Source: Sporichthyaceae bacterium (GTDB lineage: Bacteria > Actinomycetota > Actinomycetes > JACCUZ01). Taken from it: 64,000 nt of DNA. How positions within the stretch are numbered: position 1 is the stretch's first letter; the number at the start of each line of letters is the position of its first letter. Positions 10,142 to 20,214 of the stretch are shown piece after piece. Location: contig JANLYQ010000010.1 of assembly GCA_031365725.1 (NCBI GenBank), positions 50,238-114,237 on the forward strand. The letters run 5' to 3'. Below the pieces are notes generated by a model. It did no database searches. It saw nothing but the letters and a program-made list of their open reading frames with translations, and was not told where the DNA came from. The position numbers were made by a program, and so were the translations under genes.

Positions 10142-11236
10142 TCAGCCGATGACGTCCAGCGCCTCGGACAGGTCCTGCCAGAGGTCCTCGACGTCCTCGA
10201 TGCCGACCGAGAGCCGCACCAGGCACTCGGGCACCAGGGTGCTCTCGCCGGGCCAGCGGCGCCGACGCTCGAGGCTCGACTCGACCCCACCGAGGCTGGT
10301 GGCGTGCACCCACAGCCGGCAGGCATCGACCACCGTGTCGACGCCCGCCGCCTCGCGGGCCACCTCGATCGACACCATCGCGCCCCACCCCGGGTAGTGC
10401 ACGGTCGTCACCGCCGGGTGCACCTCGAGGCGGGACGCAAGATCGGCGGCGTTGGCGCTCGCCCGTTCGACCCGCAGGTGCAGGGTGCGGAGACCGCGCA
10501 GGGCCAGCCAGGCCTCGGTGGTGCCCGGCACGGCCCCCAGGCTGCTGCGCACCTCGACCAGACGCGCGGCAGTGGCGGCGTCCCGCGCCACCGCGATGCC
10601 CAGCAGGACGTCGGAGTGACCCGAGAGGTACTTCGTGGCGCTGTGCACGACGACGTCCGCCCCGATCTCGAGAGGGCGCAGCAGCATCGGGGTGGCGAAC
10701 GTGCTGTCCACCACGAGCATCGCTCCCGCGGCCGTCGTGCGGGCGGCCAGCGCCTCGAGGTCGACGACGCGGAGTAAGGGGTTGGTGGGCGACTCGGCCC
10801 AGACCATGGCCGCGCCGTCGACGGCCGCAGCGGCTGTACCGGCGTCGGTCAGGTCGGTGACGCGCACCGTGATGCGGCCCTGCTCCTCGAGCCGACGTAG
10901 CAGCTTCAGCGAGCCGTAGTAGCTGTCCGGACCGGCCACCACCACACCGCCGTGCGGTACGAGCTCGAGCGCGGCTGCCACCGCGGCGATGCCGGAGGCG
11001 AACGACGTCGCGACACCGCCGTCCAGTGCGCCGACCGCCTGCTCGAGCATCTCCCAGGTCGGGTTCCCGTAGCGGCCGTAGCCCACCTCACCGCCCGCGT
11101 GGTAGGTGGACGCCAGCACCATCGGCGGGTTCATCGGCCCGTCCGGCGTGCGTGGCGGCCGCCCGGCGGCCACTGCCACGGTGCCGGGGGAGAACGCCCG
11201 CGTGGGCTCGTCAGGGTCCTGGTTCGGGTGCGGCAT
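10142..11236 (-). CDS. Cys/Met-metabolism PLP-dependent enzyme (cystathionine gamma-synthase/lyase family)
   Basis: PLP-lysine motif region (VVHSATKYLSGHSDVLLG). ATG start MPHPNQ at 11236. The ORF-track 508-aa version carries a spurious N-terminal extension. Confidence 0.75.
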   Translation of the reverse strand: MPHPNQDPDEPTRAFSPGTVAVAAGRPPRTPDGPMNPPMVLASTYHAGGEVGYGRYGNPTWEMLEQAVGALDGGVATSFASGIAAVAAALELVPHGGVVVAGPDSYYGSLKLLRRLEEQGRITVRVTDLTDAGTAAAAVDGAAMVWAESPTNPLLRVVDLEALAARTTAAGAMLVVDSTFATPMLLRPLEIGADVVVHSATKYLSGHSDVLLGIAVARDAATAARLVEVRSSLGAVPGTTEAWLALRGLRTLHLRVERASANAADLASRLEVHPAVTTVHYPGWGAMVSIEVAREAAGVDTVVDACRLWVHATSLGGVESSLERRRRWPGESTLVPECLVRLSVGIEDVEDLWQDLSEALDVIG

Positions 11237-11282
11237 CCACCGAGTATCCCGGTCCCCGCGCCCGTCGGTAGGGTCGTCCACA

Positions 11283-12422
11283 ATGAATGCCGACTCCGAC
11301 GACACCGGCCCCGCCCGGCGGCGTACCCGGGTCGCCGTCGTCTTCGGGGGCCGCAGCACCGAGCACGCCGTCTCGTGCGTGTCCGCCGGCAGCGTGCTCC
11401 GGGCCCTCGATCCGGGGCAGTACGACGTGGTCCCGGTGGGCATCGCGCGCAACGGCCGCTGGGTGCTGGTCGGGCGCGAGGCCGAGCAGTTCGCGATCAC
11501 CTCAGGCGAGCTCCCGGAGGTCAGTGGTGAGGCCACCTCCGTCGTGCTGTCCGGTGACCCGACCCGGCGCGGGCTCACCACCCACGCACCCGGCGCTGTG
11601 CCGCAGGAGCTCGGCGAGGTCGACGTCGTGCTCCCGCTGCTGCACGGCCCGTACGGGGAGGACGGCACCGTCCAGGGGCTGCTCGAGCTCTCGGGTGTGC
11701 CCTACGTCGGGTCCGGTGTCTTCGCCTCGGCGGCCGCCATGGACAAGGGCCACATGAAGGCGCTGCTGCAGGCCGCCGGTATCCCCGTCGGGCCCTACGT
11801 CGTCGTCACGCCCCGCGAGTGGGCGCGCGACCGCGCGGCGGTGCGCGAGAGTGTGGCGGGGATGGGTGTCCCGGTCTTCGTCAAGCCAGCGCGGGCCGGG
11901 TCGAGCGTGGGCATCTCGAAGGTGCACGATCTGGACGAGCTCGACACCGCGATCGAGGCCGCTCGCGAGCACGATCCGCGCGTGGTCGTCGAGGCCATGA
12001 TCGAGGGCCGGGAGATCGAGTGCGGCGTGCTCGAAGGTCTCGACAGCGGCCCGCCCGACGCGTCCGTCCCGGGTGAGATCGTCGTCGGCGGTGGGCACGA
12101 GTTCTATGACTTCGCCGCCAAGTACCTTCCCGACCAGGGCACCGACCTCGTCGTACCGGCTGAGCTGCCCGACGAGGTGGCCGAGGCCGTCCGGGAGATG
12201 GCCTGCCGGGCCTTCGACGCGCTGGGCTGCGAGGGTCTGGCCCGGGTGGACTTCTTCGTGGGGCAAGGCGGCCGCGTCGTGGTCAACGAGGTCAACACGA
12301 TGCCCGGCTTCACCCCGGTCTCGATGTTCCCGCTGATGTGGGAGGCCAGCGGGCTTGACTATCCCGCGCTGGTGGACCGGTTGGTGCAGACCGCACTCGC
12401 CCGTCCCACCGGCCTGCGCTGA
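11283..12422 (+). CDS. ddl: D-alanine--D-alanine ligase
   Basis: ATG MNADSDD... at 11283. Ddl N-domain (VAVVFGGRSTEHAVS) and ATP-grasp motifs. Mtb Rv2981c equivalent. Confidence 0.9.
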   Translation: MNADSDDTGPARRRTRVAVVFGGRSTEHAVSCVSAGSVLRALDPGQYDVVPVGIARNGRWVLVGREAEQFAITSGELPEVSGEATSVVLSGDPTRRGLTTHAPGAVPQELGEVDVVLPLLHGPYGEDGTVQGLLELSGVPYVGSGVFASAAAMDKGHMKALLQAAGIPVGPYVVVTPREWARDRAAVRESVAGMGVPVFVKPARAGSSVGISKVHDLDELDTAIEAAREHDPRVVVEAMIEGREIECGVLEGLDSGPPDASVPGEIVVGGGHEFYDFAAKYLPDQGTDLVVPAELPDEVAEAVREMACRAFDALGCEGLARVDFFVGQGGRVVVNEVNTMPGFTPVSMFPLMWEASGLDYPALVDRLVQTALARPTGLR

Positions 12423-12431
12423 CCCGCCAGG

Positions 12432-12962
12432 TCAGCGCAACGTGCGTGACAGGGCAGCGGCGAGGTCGGCCAGCGGGGCCGTCGCCTGCTCGCGGGGCAC
12501 TGAGACCGGCACCCGGACCTGGACGTCGACATCGAGCCCCACGCTGGTGAAGACGTAGGCCGCGGGCCGTTCCACCACCAGCCACGACACGGTGGCAGCG
12601 CTACCGCTGCTTCCGGTGCTCCGGGTGCTGCCGGCGATCTCGACCAGCTGACTCGTGGCGGTCAGCTGGGCCGGCTTCGCGACTCCGCAACGCAGCACCA
12701 CGGCCGGGTTGCCCCAGGCAGCCGTGCGGGTCGAGGCCGGCGACGTCGTGCGTCGATGCCGGTCGCCCAGGGTCGTCGGCAGTACGGCGTGCAGCCGGGC
12801 GCAGGCCGCCGCTACTGCCGCGGCGCCTGCCACGGGCGCAGCACTCGCGGCACTGTCACCGGGGGCGGTCGCGGTCGGCGGCGTGACGGACACCGGACCA
12901 GGCGAGCGGGCGCACCCACCGAGCAGGGACGCGGCCAGCAGCGTGGCCACCAGCACCCTCAC
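12432..12962 (-). CDS. Secreted lipoprotein, DUF3515 family (Rv2980-like)
   Basis: Signal peptide with lipobox LLGGC. Position next to ddl is conserved in mycobacteria (Rv2980). Confidence 0.6.
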   Translation of the reverse strand: MRVLVATLLAASLLGGCARSPGPVSVTPPTATAPGDSAASAAPVAGAAAVAAACARLHAVLPTTLGDRHRRTTSPASTRTAAWGNPAVVLRCGVAKPAQLTATSQLVEIAGSTRSTGSSGSAATVSWLVVERPAAYVFTSVGLDVDVQVRVPVSVPREQATAPLADLAAALSRTLR

Positions 12963-12987
12963 TTGATCGAGTGCTCCCGACGAGGCC

Positions 12988-13230
12988 TCAGAGGTGGACG
13001 ACGGGGCAGGTCAGGGTGCGGGTGATGCCGTCGACGGCCTGGACCTTGGCGACGACCATCTTGCCCAGCTCGTCGACGTTCTTGGCCTCGGCGCGAACGA
13101 TCACGTCGTAGGGGCCAGTGACGTCCTCGGCCTGGGTGACGCCCTTGAGCTCGGCGATCTGGCGGGCCACGGCTGCGGCCTTGCCGACCTCGGTCTGGAT
13201 CAGGATGTAGGCCTGGACGACCATCGGCAT
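12988..13230 (-). CDS. Lrp/AsnC-type ligand-binding (RAM) domain protein, stand-alone 80 aa
   Basis: AsnC C-terminal domain pattern (VQAYILIQTEVGKAAAVARQIAELKGVTQAEDVTGPYDVIVRAEAKNVDELGKMV). Confidence 0.7.
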   Translation of the reverse strand: MPMVVQAYILIQTEVGKAAAVARQIAELKGVTQAEDVTGPYDVIVRAEAKNVDELGKMVVAKVQAVDGITRTLTCPVVHL

Positions 13231-13347
13231 GCCCTTCTTCGTAGAGTCTGGCGGTCAAGCCCCGGCGCCGGTGAGCACCGTCGTGGGACGAGGTGCGAGC
13301 GAACCTACCGGATGTGCCGGTAGACCGGTCCGGACAAGGAGTCGTAG

Positions 13348-14355
13348 GTGAGCGGGACCACAACCGGGCGCAGTGTCCCGGCACGTGGCAGTGGTGCCAC
13401 GACGGTCGCCGACGTGGGTGAGACCGCAATGATCGCCACCATCACGCAGCGGCTCGCGCAGGCCGCCACCGACCCGCGGCCGGGTCGCCGGCTCCTGGTC
13501 GGTCCCGGTGACGACGCGGCGGTGCTCGCCGCGACGGACGGTCGCGTCGTGGCCACCACCGACCTGCTGGTCGAGGGCCGGCACTTCAAGCGCGACTGGT
13601 CGAGCGCGGCCGATGTGGGAGTCCGCGCGGCCGCGGCGAACCTTTCCGACATCGCTGCCATGGGCGCCGTCCCGACCGCTCTGCTCATCGGGCTCTCGGT
13701 GCCCTCGGACCTGCCCTCGGCGTGGGTGCTCGAGCTGGCCGACGGCATCGGCGCCGAGGCAGCCCGGGCCGGCGCGGTCGTCGCCGGTGGTGACCTGGTG
13801 GCCGGTGACCTCATCACCGTCGCCGTCACCGCGCTGGGCTCGCTCGAAGACCGCGACCCGGTCCTGCGGTCCGGTGCCCGGCCCGGTGACCTGGTGGCGG
13901 TCTGCGGCCGGCTCGGCTGGGCCGCGGCCGGGCTCGCCGTGCTCAGCCGCGGCTTCCGGTCGCCGCGCGTGCTCGTCGATGCGCACCGCCGCCCCGTTCC
14001 GCCGTACGACGAGGGGCCGCGGGCCGCGACCCTCGGTGCCACGGCGATGGTCGACGTGAGCGACGGTCTGGTGTCCGACCTCGGGCACCTCGCTCACGCG
14101 AGTGGGGTCGCGGTGCGGCTGGACTCCGACGCGTTCCACCTGCCGCAGGAGCTGGCTGACACCGCCCGCGCCCTCAACGCCGACCCGATGCAGTGGCTGC
14201 TGGCCGGCGGCGACGACCATGCGCTGGCGGCCACCTTCCCCCCCGATGTCGACCTGCCGATGGCGTGGAGCCTGGTCGGTCGGGTCGAGGCCGGTGAGGG
14301 CGTGGCCGTCGACGGTGCACCGTGGCAGGGGGCCGGTGGGTGGCGCACGTTCTGA
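13348..14355 (+). CDS. thiL: Thiamine-monophosphate kinase
   Basis: GTG start with RBS aaggag. ThiL/AIR-synthase-related motifs (LLVGPGDDAAVL, DLLVEGRHF). Confidence 0.85.
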   Translation: MSGTTTGRSVPARGSGATTVADVGETAMIATITQRLAQAATDPRPGRRLLVGPGDDAAVLAATDGRVVATTDLLVEGRHFKRDWSSAADVGVRAAAANLSDIAAMGAVPTALLIGLSVPSDLPSAWVLELADGIGAEAARAGAVVAGGDLVAGDLITVAVTALGSLEDRDPVLRSGARPGDLVAVCGRLGWAAAGLAVLSRGFRSPRVLVDAHRRPVPPYDEGPRAATLGATAMVDVSDGLVSDLGHLAHASGVAVRLDSDAFHLPQELADTARALNADPMQWLLAGGDDHALAATFPPDVDLPMAWSLVGRVEAGEGVAVDGAPWQGAGGWRTF

Positions 14356-15329
14356 GCCCTGATCAGTGGCTGCCGCTGGCCCGCGCGCACGAGGCGCGGG
14401 TCGACCTGTGGATCGCTCCGCACCTCGCTCGCCGCCGGGCCGGGCAGACCCACCCGGTCGAGGACTTCCTGTTCGGCTACTACCGGCTGTCCCCGGCCAA
14501 GCTGCGTCGTTGGAATCCCGGTCCGCGCGTCGTGCTCGCCGGTGTCGAGGCCACCGAGCGGCTGTCCCGACCTGACTTTCGCCGCGTCCCCGGTGGAGTC
14601 GGCATCGACCCATGGCGGCTCGCCCGGCACTCCGGTCGGCTGCGTAATGCCCGGCGACTGCTGGTGGCGACGGCCGCGCGCCCACCTGCGTACGGCTGCT
14701 TCGGGCTGCACGAGTGGGCGATGGTCTACCGGCTGCCCGCCGACGACCTGCGGCACAGCGGGCTGCGGCTGCGGCTCGGCGCGACCGGCACCGATGCTGT
14801 GGTCGACGCGGGGCCGCTGCGCTGCACCCACATCGACGCCTTCCGGTTCTTCACCGATGCGGCCGCGCCGCTGAACTCGCTGCAGCCGACCCGGGCCACC
14901 CAGGTCGCGCTCGAGCAGCCCGGCTGCCTGCACGCGGGCATGGACCTCTATCGCTGGGCGGCGACCTTCGACCCCTTCGTCGGCAGCCACCTGGTGGCCG
15001 ACTGCTTTGCCCACGCCCGCCGGATCCGGGCCGTCGACATGGCGGCCTCGCCCTACGACCTCACCGACCTGGGCTACCCGCCGATCGCGATCGAGACCCC
15101 GGACGGTCGGGCCGACTACGCCCGGCACCAGCGGGCCTTCGCCGAGACCGGGGCCGTGCTGCGGGCCCGCCTCGTCGAGGCGATCGACGAGCTGCTGGAC
15201 GTCGTGGCGGAGCACGAGGAAGCACCGGCGGAGATGCCCACGATGGCCGCCCCCGGACATGACGACGGCCGGCCCCTGGTGGGGGACCGGCCGGGCACTG
15301 GAGCAGGTGGAGCGGGTGCTGCGGACTAG
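14322..15329 (+). CDS. Conserved hypothetical protein (family sometimes annotated as 3-methyladenine DNA glycosylase); occupies the position where mycobacteria carry ung
   Basis: 335-aa ORF with high GC3. Start overlaps the thiL 3' end by ~30 bp (ATG 14322, or a downstream GTG). The function is an inference from a memory of database annotations, not verified. Confidence 0.4.
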   Translation: MAGGRWVAHVLSPDQWLPLARAHEARVDLWIAPHLARRRAGQTHPVEDFLFGYYRLSPAKLRRWNPGPRVVLAGVEATERLSRPDFRRVPGGVGIDPWRLARHSGRLRNARRLLVATAARPPAYGCFGLHEWAMVYRLPADDLRHSGLRLRLGATGTDAVVDAGPLRCTHIDAFRFFTDAAAPLNSLQPTRATQVALEQPGCLHAGMDLYRWAATFDPFVGSHLVADCFAHARRIRAVDMAASPYDLTDLGYPPIAIETPDGRADYARHQRAFAETGAVLRARLVEAIDELLDVVAEHEEAPAEMPTMAAPGHDDGRPLVGDRPGTGAGGAGAAD

Positions 15330-15511
15330 CGGGTGACCTTGCCCGCCTTGATGCAGGAGGTGCAGACGTTGAGGCGCTTGGGAGTGCGGCCGACCATCGC
15401 GTGCACGGTCTGGATGTTGGGGTTCCAGCGCCGCTTGGTACGCCGGTGGGAGTGGGAGATGCTGTGCCCGAAGCCGGGACCCTTGCCGCAGACGTCGCAG
15501 GTGGCAGCCAC
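15326..15511 (-). CDS. rpmB: 50S ribosomal protein L28
   Basis: 61 aa: [34 protein letters not shown]...[14 protein letters not shown] start with RBS gaggag. It sits inside a spurious 650-aa ORF-track entry. Confidence 0.85.
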   Translation of the reverse strand: MAATCDVCGKGPGFGHSISHSHRRTKRRWNPNIQTVHAMVGRTPKRLNVCTSCIKAGKVTR

Positions 15512-15692
15512 GTGAACACTCCTCGGGGGCAATGCTGGCGGACGAGGCAGCGGTCCGGTGCGGCCGGCCTCAGATGGGGAGCCGGAGCGCGCTGGCGCGT
15601 CCGGACAACCGTGGCAGCGTAACCGACCTGCACTCCGGCGCGCCAACCGGCAGAAGCGGCGGGACGACACGAGCCGACTAGATTCGCTTTTC

Positions 15693-17408
15693 GTGAGCGC
15701 CGCCCCCGTCCGCAGCAGCCTGGACGCGCGCTCGCTGGCTCGTTGGGCCACCCTCGCCCGTGACGGCCTCTCGGCGGCCCGGGTGGAGATCGACGAGATC
15801 AACGTCTTCCCGGTGCCCGACGGCGACACCGGCACCAACCTGCACCTCACGATGGCAGCCGCAGTTGCCGCGCTGGCCGAGTCGACGCTGCTCGCGCAGG
15901 ACACCGAGACCCCGACCTCCGGGCGGCTGCTGTCCGCCCTGGCGGTTGGCGCGTCTCGAGGTGCGCGCGGCAGCTCCGGGGTGATCCTGGCCCAGCTGCT
16001 GCAGGGTCTTGCCGAGGGACTGGCCGAAGTCGAGGGCGAGGTCGGTGCCCGGCACCTGGCCGCCGCGCTCGCCGTTGGTGCCAGGGCGGCGCGCACGGCG
16101 GTGGCTGACCCGGTGGAGGGCACCATGCTCACCGTTGCCGACGGGGCCGCCGCAGCGGCTGGCGCTGTCATCGCCAACAGCCCCGCCGCTGACAGTGCCG
16201 TCACCGTCAGCAACGCCGGGGGCGGCCACCCCTCGAGCAGATTGCTCGCCGAACTGGTGCGGGCAGCAGCAACCGCAGCCCGCGACGCGCTGGCCCGCAC
16301 CCCCGAGCAGCTCGAGCCGTTGCGGCTGGCCGGCGTTGTCGACGCGGGCGGACGAGGGGTCTGCGTGCTGCTGGACGCCCTCGTCGAGGTGGACACCGGT
16401 GATGCACCAGCCGAGATCATCAGCCGGTCCGAGCGGGTGCCGGCGCCTGCCTCCACCGGCCCGCCACCCGGTACGTCGACGACCCGGGTGACGCGCCCCC
16501 CGGCGTACGAGGTGATGTTCCTGCTCGACGCCCCGGCTGCGGCGATCGCGCCGCTCACCTCGGTGCTGATTGCACTCGGCGACTCGGTCGTGGTCGCCGG
16601 TGCCGAGCCGACCTGGAACGTGCACGCCCACGTCGACGACGTCGGGGCGGCGTTAGAGGCCGGGGTGCTGGCCGGCCGTCCGCACGCCATCCGAGTCACC
16701 CACTTCGGTGATGCGGCCCGGGCGACCGCGCAGGCACTCCCTGCCGACAGCCGGGGTGTGGTGGCGCTGGTCGCCGGCGACGGGCTGGCCGCGCTCGTAC
16801 AGGACGCCGGCGCCACCGTGGTGCCCAGCGCCCCGGGTGCACGGGCCACCGCTGACGACGTCATCGCCGGCCTGCGCGCGGCCCGGGCCCGCGACATCGT
16901 CGTCGTGCCCAACGACGCACCCGGCCTGGCCGCCGCCGAGCAGGCCGCCGCTGCCGTGCGGGACGAGGGCCTGCGGGTGGCAGTCGTGCCGACCCGGGCC
17001 ACCGTGCAGGCGTTGGCGGCGTTGGCCGTGCACGACCCGACGCGCCGTTTCGAAGACGACGTGGTCGCGATGACGTCCGCGGGACGCGGCTGCCGGCACG
17101 GCGGCGTGACTGTCGCCACCCGGGAGGCCATGACGATGGCGGGGGTGTGCCGGCCGGGCGACGTGCTCGGCATCGTCGACGCCGACTTCGCCGTCGTCGG
17201 CGTCGACCTGCTGGCCGTCGGCCGCACCGTACTCGACCGGATGCTCGGCTCTGGCGGCGAGCTCGTCACCCTCGTCACCGGTGAAGGTGCACCTGCAGGC
17301 CTCGCACGCGACCTTGCCCGGCACGTCCGCGCCGGACGCCCCGAGGTCGACGCCGTCGTGCACCTCGGTGGTCCGGCGGGCTATCCGCTGCTGATCGGAG
17401 TCGAATGA
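15693..17408 (+). CDS. DAK2 domain fusion protein YloV (Rv2974c-like)
   Basis: Dak2 phosphatase domain N-terminus ([40 protein letters not shown]). Ala-rich. Upstream of recG as in Streptomyces/Mycobacterium. Start is GTG 15693, or alternatively ATG 15558. Confidence 0.8.
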   Translation: MSAAPVRSSLDARSLARWATLARDGLSAARVEIDEINVFPVPDGDTGTNLHLTMAAAVAALAESTLLAQDTETPTSGRLLSALAVGASRGARGSSGVILAQLLQGLAEGLAEVEGEVGARHLAAALAVGARAARTAVADPVEGTMLTVADGAAAAAGAVIANSPAADSAVTVSNAGGGHPSSRLLAELVRAAATAARDALARTPEQLEPLRLAGVVDAGGRGVCVLLDALVEVDTGDAPAEIISRSERVPAPASTGPPPGTSTTRVTRPPAYEVMFLLDAPAAAIAPLTSVLIALGDSVVVAGAEPTWNVHAHVDDVGAALEAGVLAGRPHAIRVTHFGDAARATAQALPADSRGVVALVAGDGLAALVQDAGATVVPSAPGARATADDVIAGLRAARARDIVVVPNDAPGLAAAEQAAAAVRDEGLRVAVVPTRATVQALAALAVHDPTRRFEDDVVAMTSAGRGCRHGGVTVATREAMTMAGVCRPGDVLGIVDADFAVVGVDLLAVGRTVLDRMLGSGGELVTLVTGEGAPAGLARDLARHVRAGRPEVDAVVHLGGPAGYPLLIGVE

Positions 17409-19621
17409 GCAGCGGTCCAATGAGCACCGACGCCCACGGCGCCGCGATGACGCCGCTGACGACGTCGGTGAAGAACGCGATCGGTGGCGCGACCGCGACC
17501 GAGCTCACCGCCCGGCTGGGCATCGAGACCGTGGGGGACCTGCTTCGCCACTACCCCCGCCGCTACTACGACCGCGGTGACCTCACCGATCTGGCCGCGC
17601 TGCGCCCCGGTGACCTGGTCACCGTGCAGGCCAACGTCGTCTCGGCGCGCGGCCGCCAGCTCAAGCCCAAGCTGCACAAGCTCGACGTGGTGGTCTCCGA
17701 CGGCCGCAGCGAGCTGGCCGTCACCTTCTTCAACCGCCGCTATCTCATCGACCGGCTCGTCCCCGGTGCCCCGGCCCTGCTCGCCGGCAAGGTCGAGATG
17801 TTCAACCGCCGCCTCACGTTGACCAACCCCGAGCTGGCGTTGGGCGAGGACGTCGAAGATTTCGCCGGCCGGCTGATGCCGGTCTATCCCGCGACCGCCA
17901 AGCTGCCGTCCTGGCGGCTGGCCAAGGCCGTGCAGGTCGCCCTCGACGTCGCTCTGCCGGCCGACGTCCTAGCCGCCGACCCGGTGCCGCCGGGAGTGCG
18001 TGAGCGGCGCCACCTGCTGCCGTGGGACACCGCCGTCCGCCTCGTGCACCGACCCGAGTCCCGCGACGACGTACGGCGGTCCCGCGATCGCCTGCGCTTC
18101 GACGAGGCCTTCGTGCTGCAGGTGGTCCTCGCCCAACGGCGCACCGCGGCTGCGGCTCTGCCGGCCGTCGCCCGGGTGGCCCGTCCTGACGGCCTGCTCG
18201 CTGCCTTCGACAGGCGGCTGCCGTTCACCCTGACCGACGGTCAGCGCGCGGTGGCGGAGGTCCTCGAGGCCGACCTGGCCAGGCCGCACCCGATGCACCG
18301 GCTGTTGCAGGGCGAGGTGGGCTCGGGCAAGACAGTCGTGGCTCTGCGCGCGATGCTGGCGGTCGTCGACGCCGGTGGGCAGGCCGCCCTGCTCGCCCCC
18401 ACCGAGGTGCTGGCCCAGCAGCACCACCGCACCATCAGGACGTTGCTCGGACCACTCGGGGAACGCGGCTTCCTCGGCGGTGACGACCTGGGCACCAGGG
18501 TCGCGCTGCTGACCGGGTCGCAGGGCACCGCGAGACGCCGAGCCAATCTGCTCGATGCCGCGTCCGGCGACGCCGGCATCGTCGTCGGCACCCACGCCCT
18601 GATCCAGGACACGGTGTCCTTCCAGGACCTCGGTCTGGTGGTGGTCGACGAGCAGCACCGCTTTGGTGTCGAGCAGCGCGACGCCCTACGGGCCAAGGCA
18701 TCCGTGCCCCCGCACGTGCTCGTGATGACCGCGACGCCGATCCCGCGCACGGTCGCCATGACCGTCTTCGGCGACCTCGACGTCTCCACGCTCACGGAGC
18801 TGCCGGCGGGCCGGTCGCCGATCACCACGCACGTCGTGCCGGGCGAGCTGGCGCACTTCGTCGACCGGGCCTGGTCCCGGGTGCGCGAAGAGGTCGACGC
18901 CGGCCACCGGGTCTATGTCGTCTGTCCCCGCATCGGTGACGGCGAGACCGGTGAGGACCTCGAGAGCCCGGGTGTCGACGACGGCGACGCGGACACGACC
19001 GCGTCCAGACCGCCGCTAGCCGTCCTCGACGTCGCCACCCAGCTCGTCGACGGGCCGCTCGCCGGCTTGCGCCTCGCTGTCCTGCACGGCCGGATGCCTC
19101 CGGAGGTCAAGGACGAGGTCATGCAGGACTTCGCCGAGGGAAACCTCGACGTGCTCGTCGCAACCACCGTCGTCGAGGTCGGGCTCGATGTGCCCGAAGC
19201 CGCCGTGATGGTGGTGATGGATGCTGAGCGGTTCGGCGTCTCCCAGCTGCATCAGCTACGTGGTCGCGTCGGCCGTGGTGCCGTGCCGGGTCTCTGCCTG
19301 CTCGTCACGGAGGCCGAGGCCGGGTCCCCGGCGCGCGAACGGCTGGCGGCCGTGGCGGCCACCACCGACGGTTTCGCCTTGTCCCAGCTCGATCTCGAGA
19401 CCCGCCGGGAGGGTGACGTCCTGGGTGTCTCGCAGTCCGGCCGTCGCTCCAGCCTGCGGCTGCTCTCGGTGCTGCGCGACGAGGCAGTCATCGAGGCCGC
19501 CCGCGAGGACGCCGTGGCGGTCGTCGCGACCGACCCGACGCTGGCCGGTCACCCGGCGCTGTGCGACGCGGTTGACGCCGTGCTCGCCGACTCCCGCGCT
19601 GACTACCTGGACAAGGCCTGA
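17405..19621 (+). CDS. recG: ATP-dependent DNA helicase RecG
   Basis: 738 aa. Wedge domain and SF2 helicase motifs (GEVGSGKT, DEQHRFG). ATG overlaps the upstream stop (ATGA). Confidence 0.9.
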   Translation: MSSGPMSTDAHGAAMTPLTTSVKNAIGGATATELTARLGIETVGDLLRHYPRRYYDRGDLTDLAALRPGDLVTVQANVVSARGRQLKPKLHKLDVVVSDGRSELAVTFFNRRYLIDRLVPGAPALLAGKVEMFNRRLTLTNPELALGEDVEDFAGRLMPVYPATAKLPSWRLAKAVQVALDVALPADVLAADPVPPGVRERRHLLPWDTAVRLVHRPESRDDVRRSRDRLRFDEAFVLQVVLAQRRTAAAALPAVARVARPDGLLAAFDRRLPFTLTDGQRAVAEVLEADLARPHPMHRLLQGEVGSGKTVVALRAMLAVVDAGGQAALLAPTEVLAQQHHRTIRTLLGPLGERGFLGGDDLGTRVALLTGSQGTARRRANLLDAASGDAGIVVGTHALIQDTVSFQDLGLVVVDEQHRFGVEQRDALRAKASVPPHVLVMTATPIPRTVAMTVFGDLDVSTLTELPAGRSPITTHVVPGELAHFVDRAWSRVREEVDAGHRVYVVCPRIGDGETGEDLESPGVDDGDADTTASRPPLAVLDVATQLVDGPLAGLRLAVLHGRMPPEVKDEVMQDFAEGNLDVLVATTVVEVGLDVPEAAVMVVMDAERFGVSQLHQLRGRVGRGAVPGLCLLVTEAEAGSPARERLAAVAATTDGFALSQLDLETRREGDVLGVSQSGRRSSLRLLSVLRDEAVIEAAREDAVAVVATDPTLAGHPALCDAVDAVLADSRADYLDKA

Positions 19622-20214
19622 CCCGGGTCATCGCCGGCGCGGCCCGCGGCCGGCGGCTCGCGGTCCCGCCCGGCGACGCCACCCGCCCGACCTCCGACCG
19701 CGCCCGCGAAGGACTGTTCTCCACCCTCGAGTCGCTGCTCGGCCCGTGGGCCGGTCGCCGGATTCTCGACCTGTACGCCGGCTCAGGCGCTCTCGGGCTC
19801 GAAGCCGTCAGCCGGGGCGCTGCGCACGCGCTGCTGGTCGAGCAGGACCCCAAGGCGGCCGCCACGATCCGCACGAACGTCACCACCGTCGGCCTGCCGG
19901 GAGCCGAGCTGAGGGTCGGCCGGGTCGAGCGCCTGGTGGCAACGAGCCCGGGCTCACCGCCGTACGACGTGGTGCTCGCGGACCCGCCCTACGCCCTGGC
20001 CGACGACGACCTGCGCGCCGTGCTGAGCCACCTGGTCGACGGCTGGCTGGCCGCGGGCGCGGTGCTGGCCGTCGAGCGGTCCACCCGGGGCGGTCCGTGG
20101 GCCTGGCCAGAAGGCATCGATGCGGTCCGTTCGCGGCGCTACGGAGAGGCCACCCTTTGGTACGGTCGCGCCGCCCCGCCAGCACCCGAGGTCACCGAGG
20201 AGGACCCGGCATGA
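19618..20214 (+). CDS. rsmD: 16S rRNA (guanine966-N2)-methyltransferase RsmD, apparently initiating at a non-canonical CTG
   Basis: Frame contains TRVIAGAARGRRLAVPPGDATRPTSDRAREGLFSTL...LDLYAGSGALGLEAVSRGA...DPPY. There is no ATG/GTG/TTG between the in-frame stop at 19600 and residue ~105. The only plausible start is CTG 19618, overlapping the recG TGA. Confidence 0.65.
   Translation: MTRVIAGAARGRRLAVPPGDATRPTSDRAREGLFSTLESLLGPWAGRRILDLYAGSGALGLEAVSRGAAHALLVEQDPKAAATIRTNVTTVGLPGAELRVGRVERLVATSPGSPPYDVVLADPPYALADDDLRAVLSHLVDGWLAAGAVLAVERSTRGGPWAWPEGIDAVRSRRYGEATLWYGRAAPPAPEVTEEDPA

Noticed and set aside
15512-17278. Remainder of the 650-aa minus-strand ORF 15326..17278
   Set aside because: Only the last 61 codons (rpmB, L28) are real. 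The rest is Ala/Arg/Ser-rich antisense to the DAK2/YloV gene.
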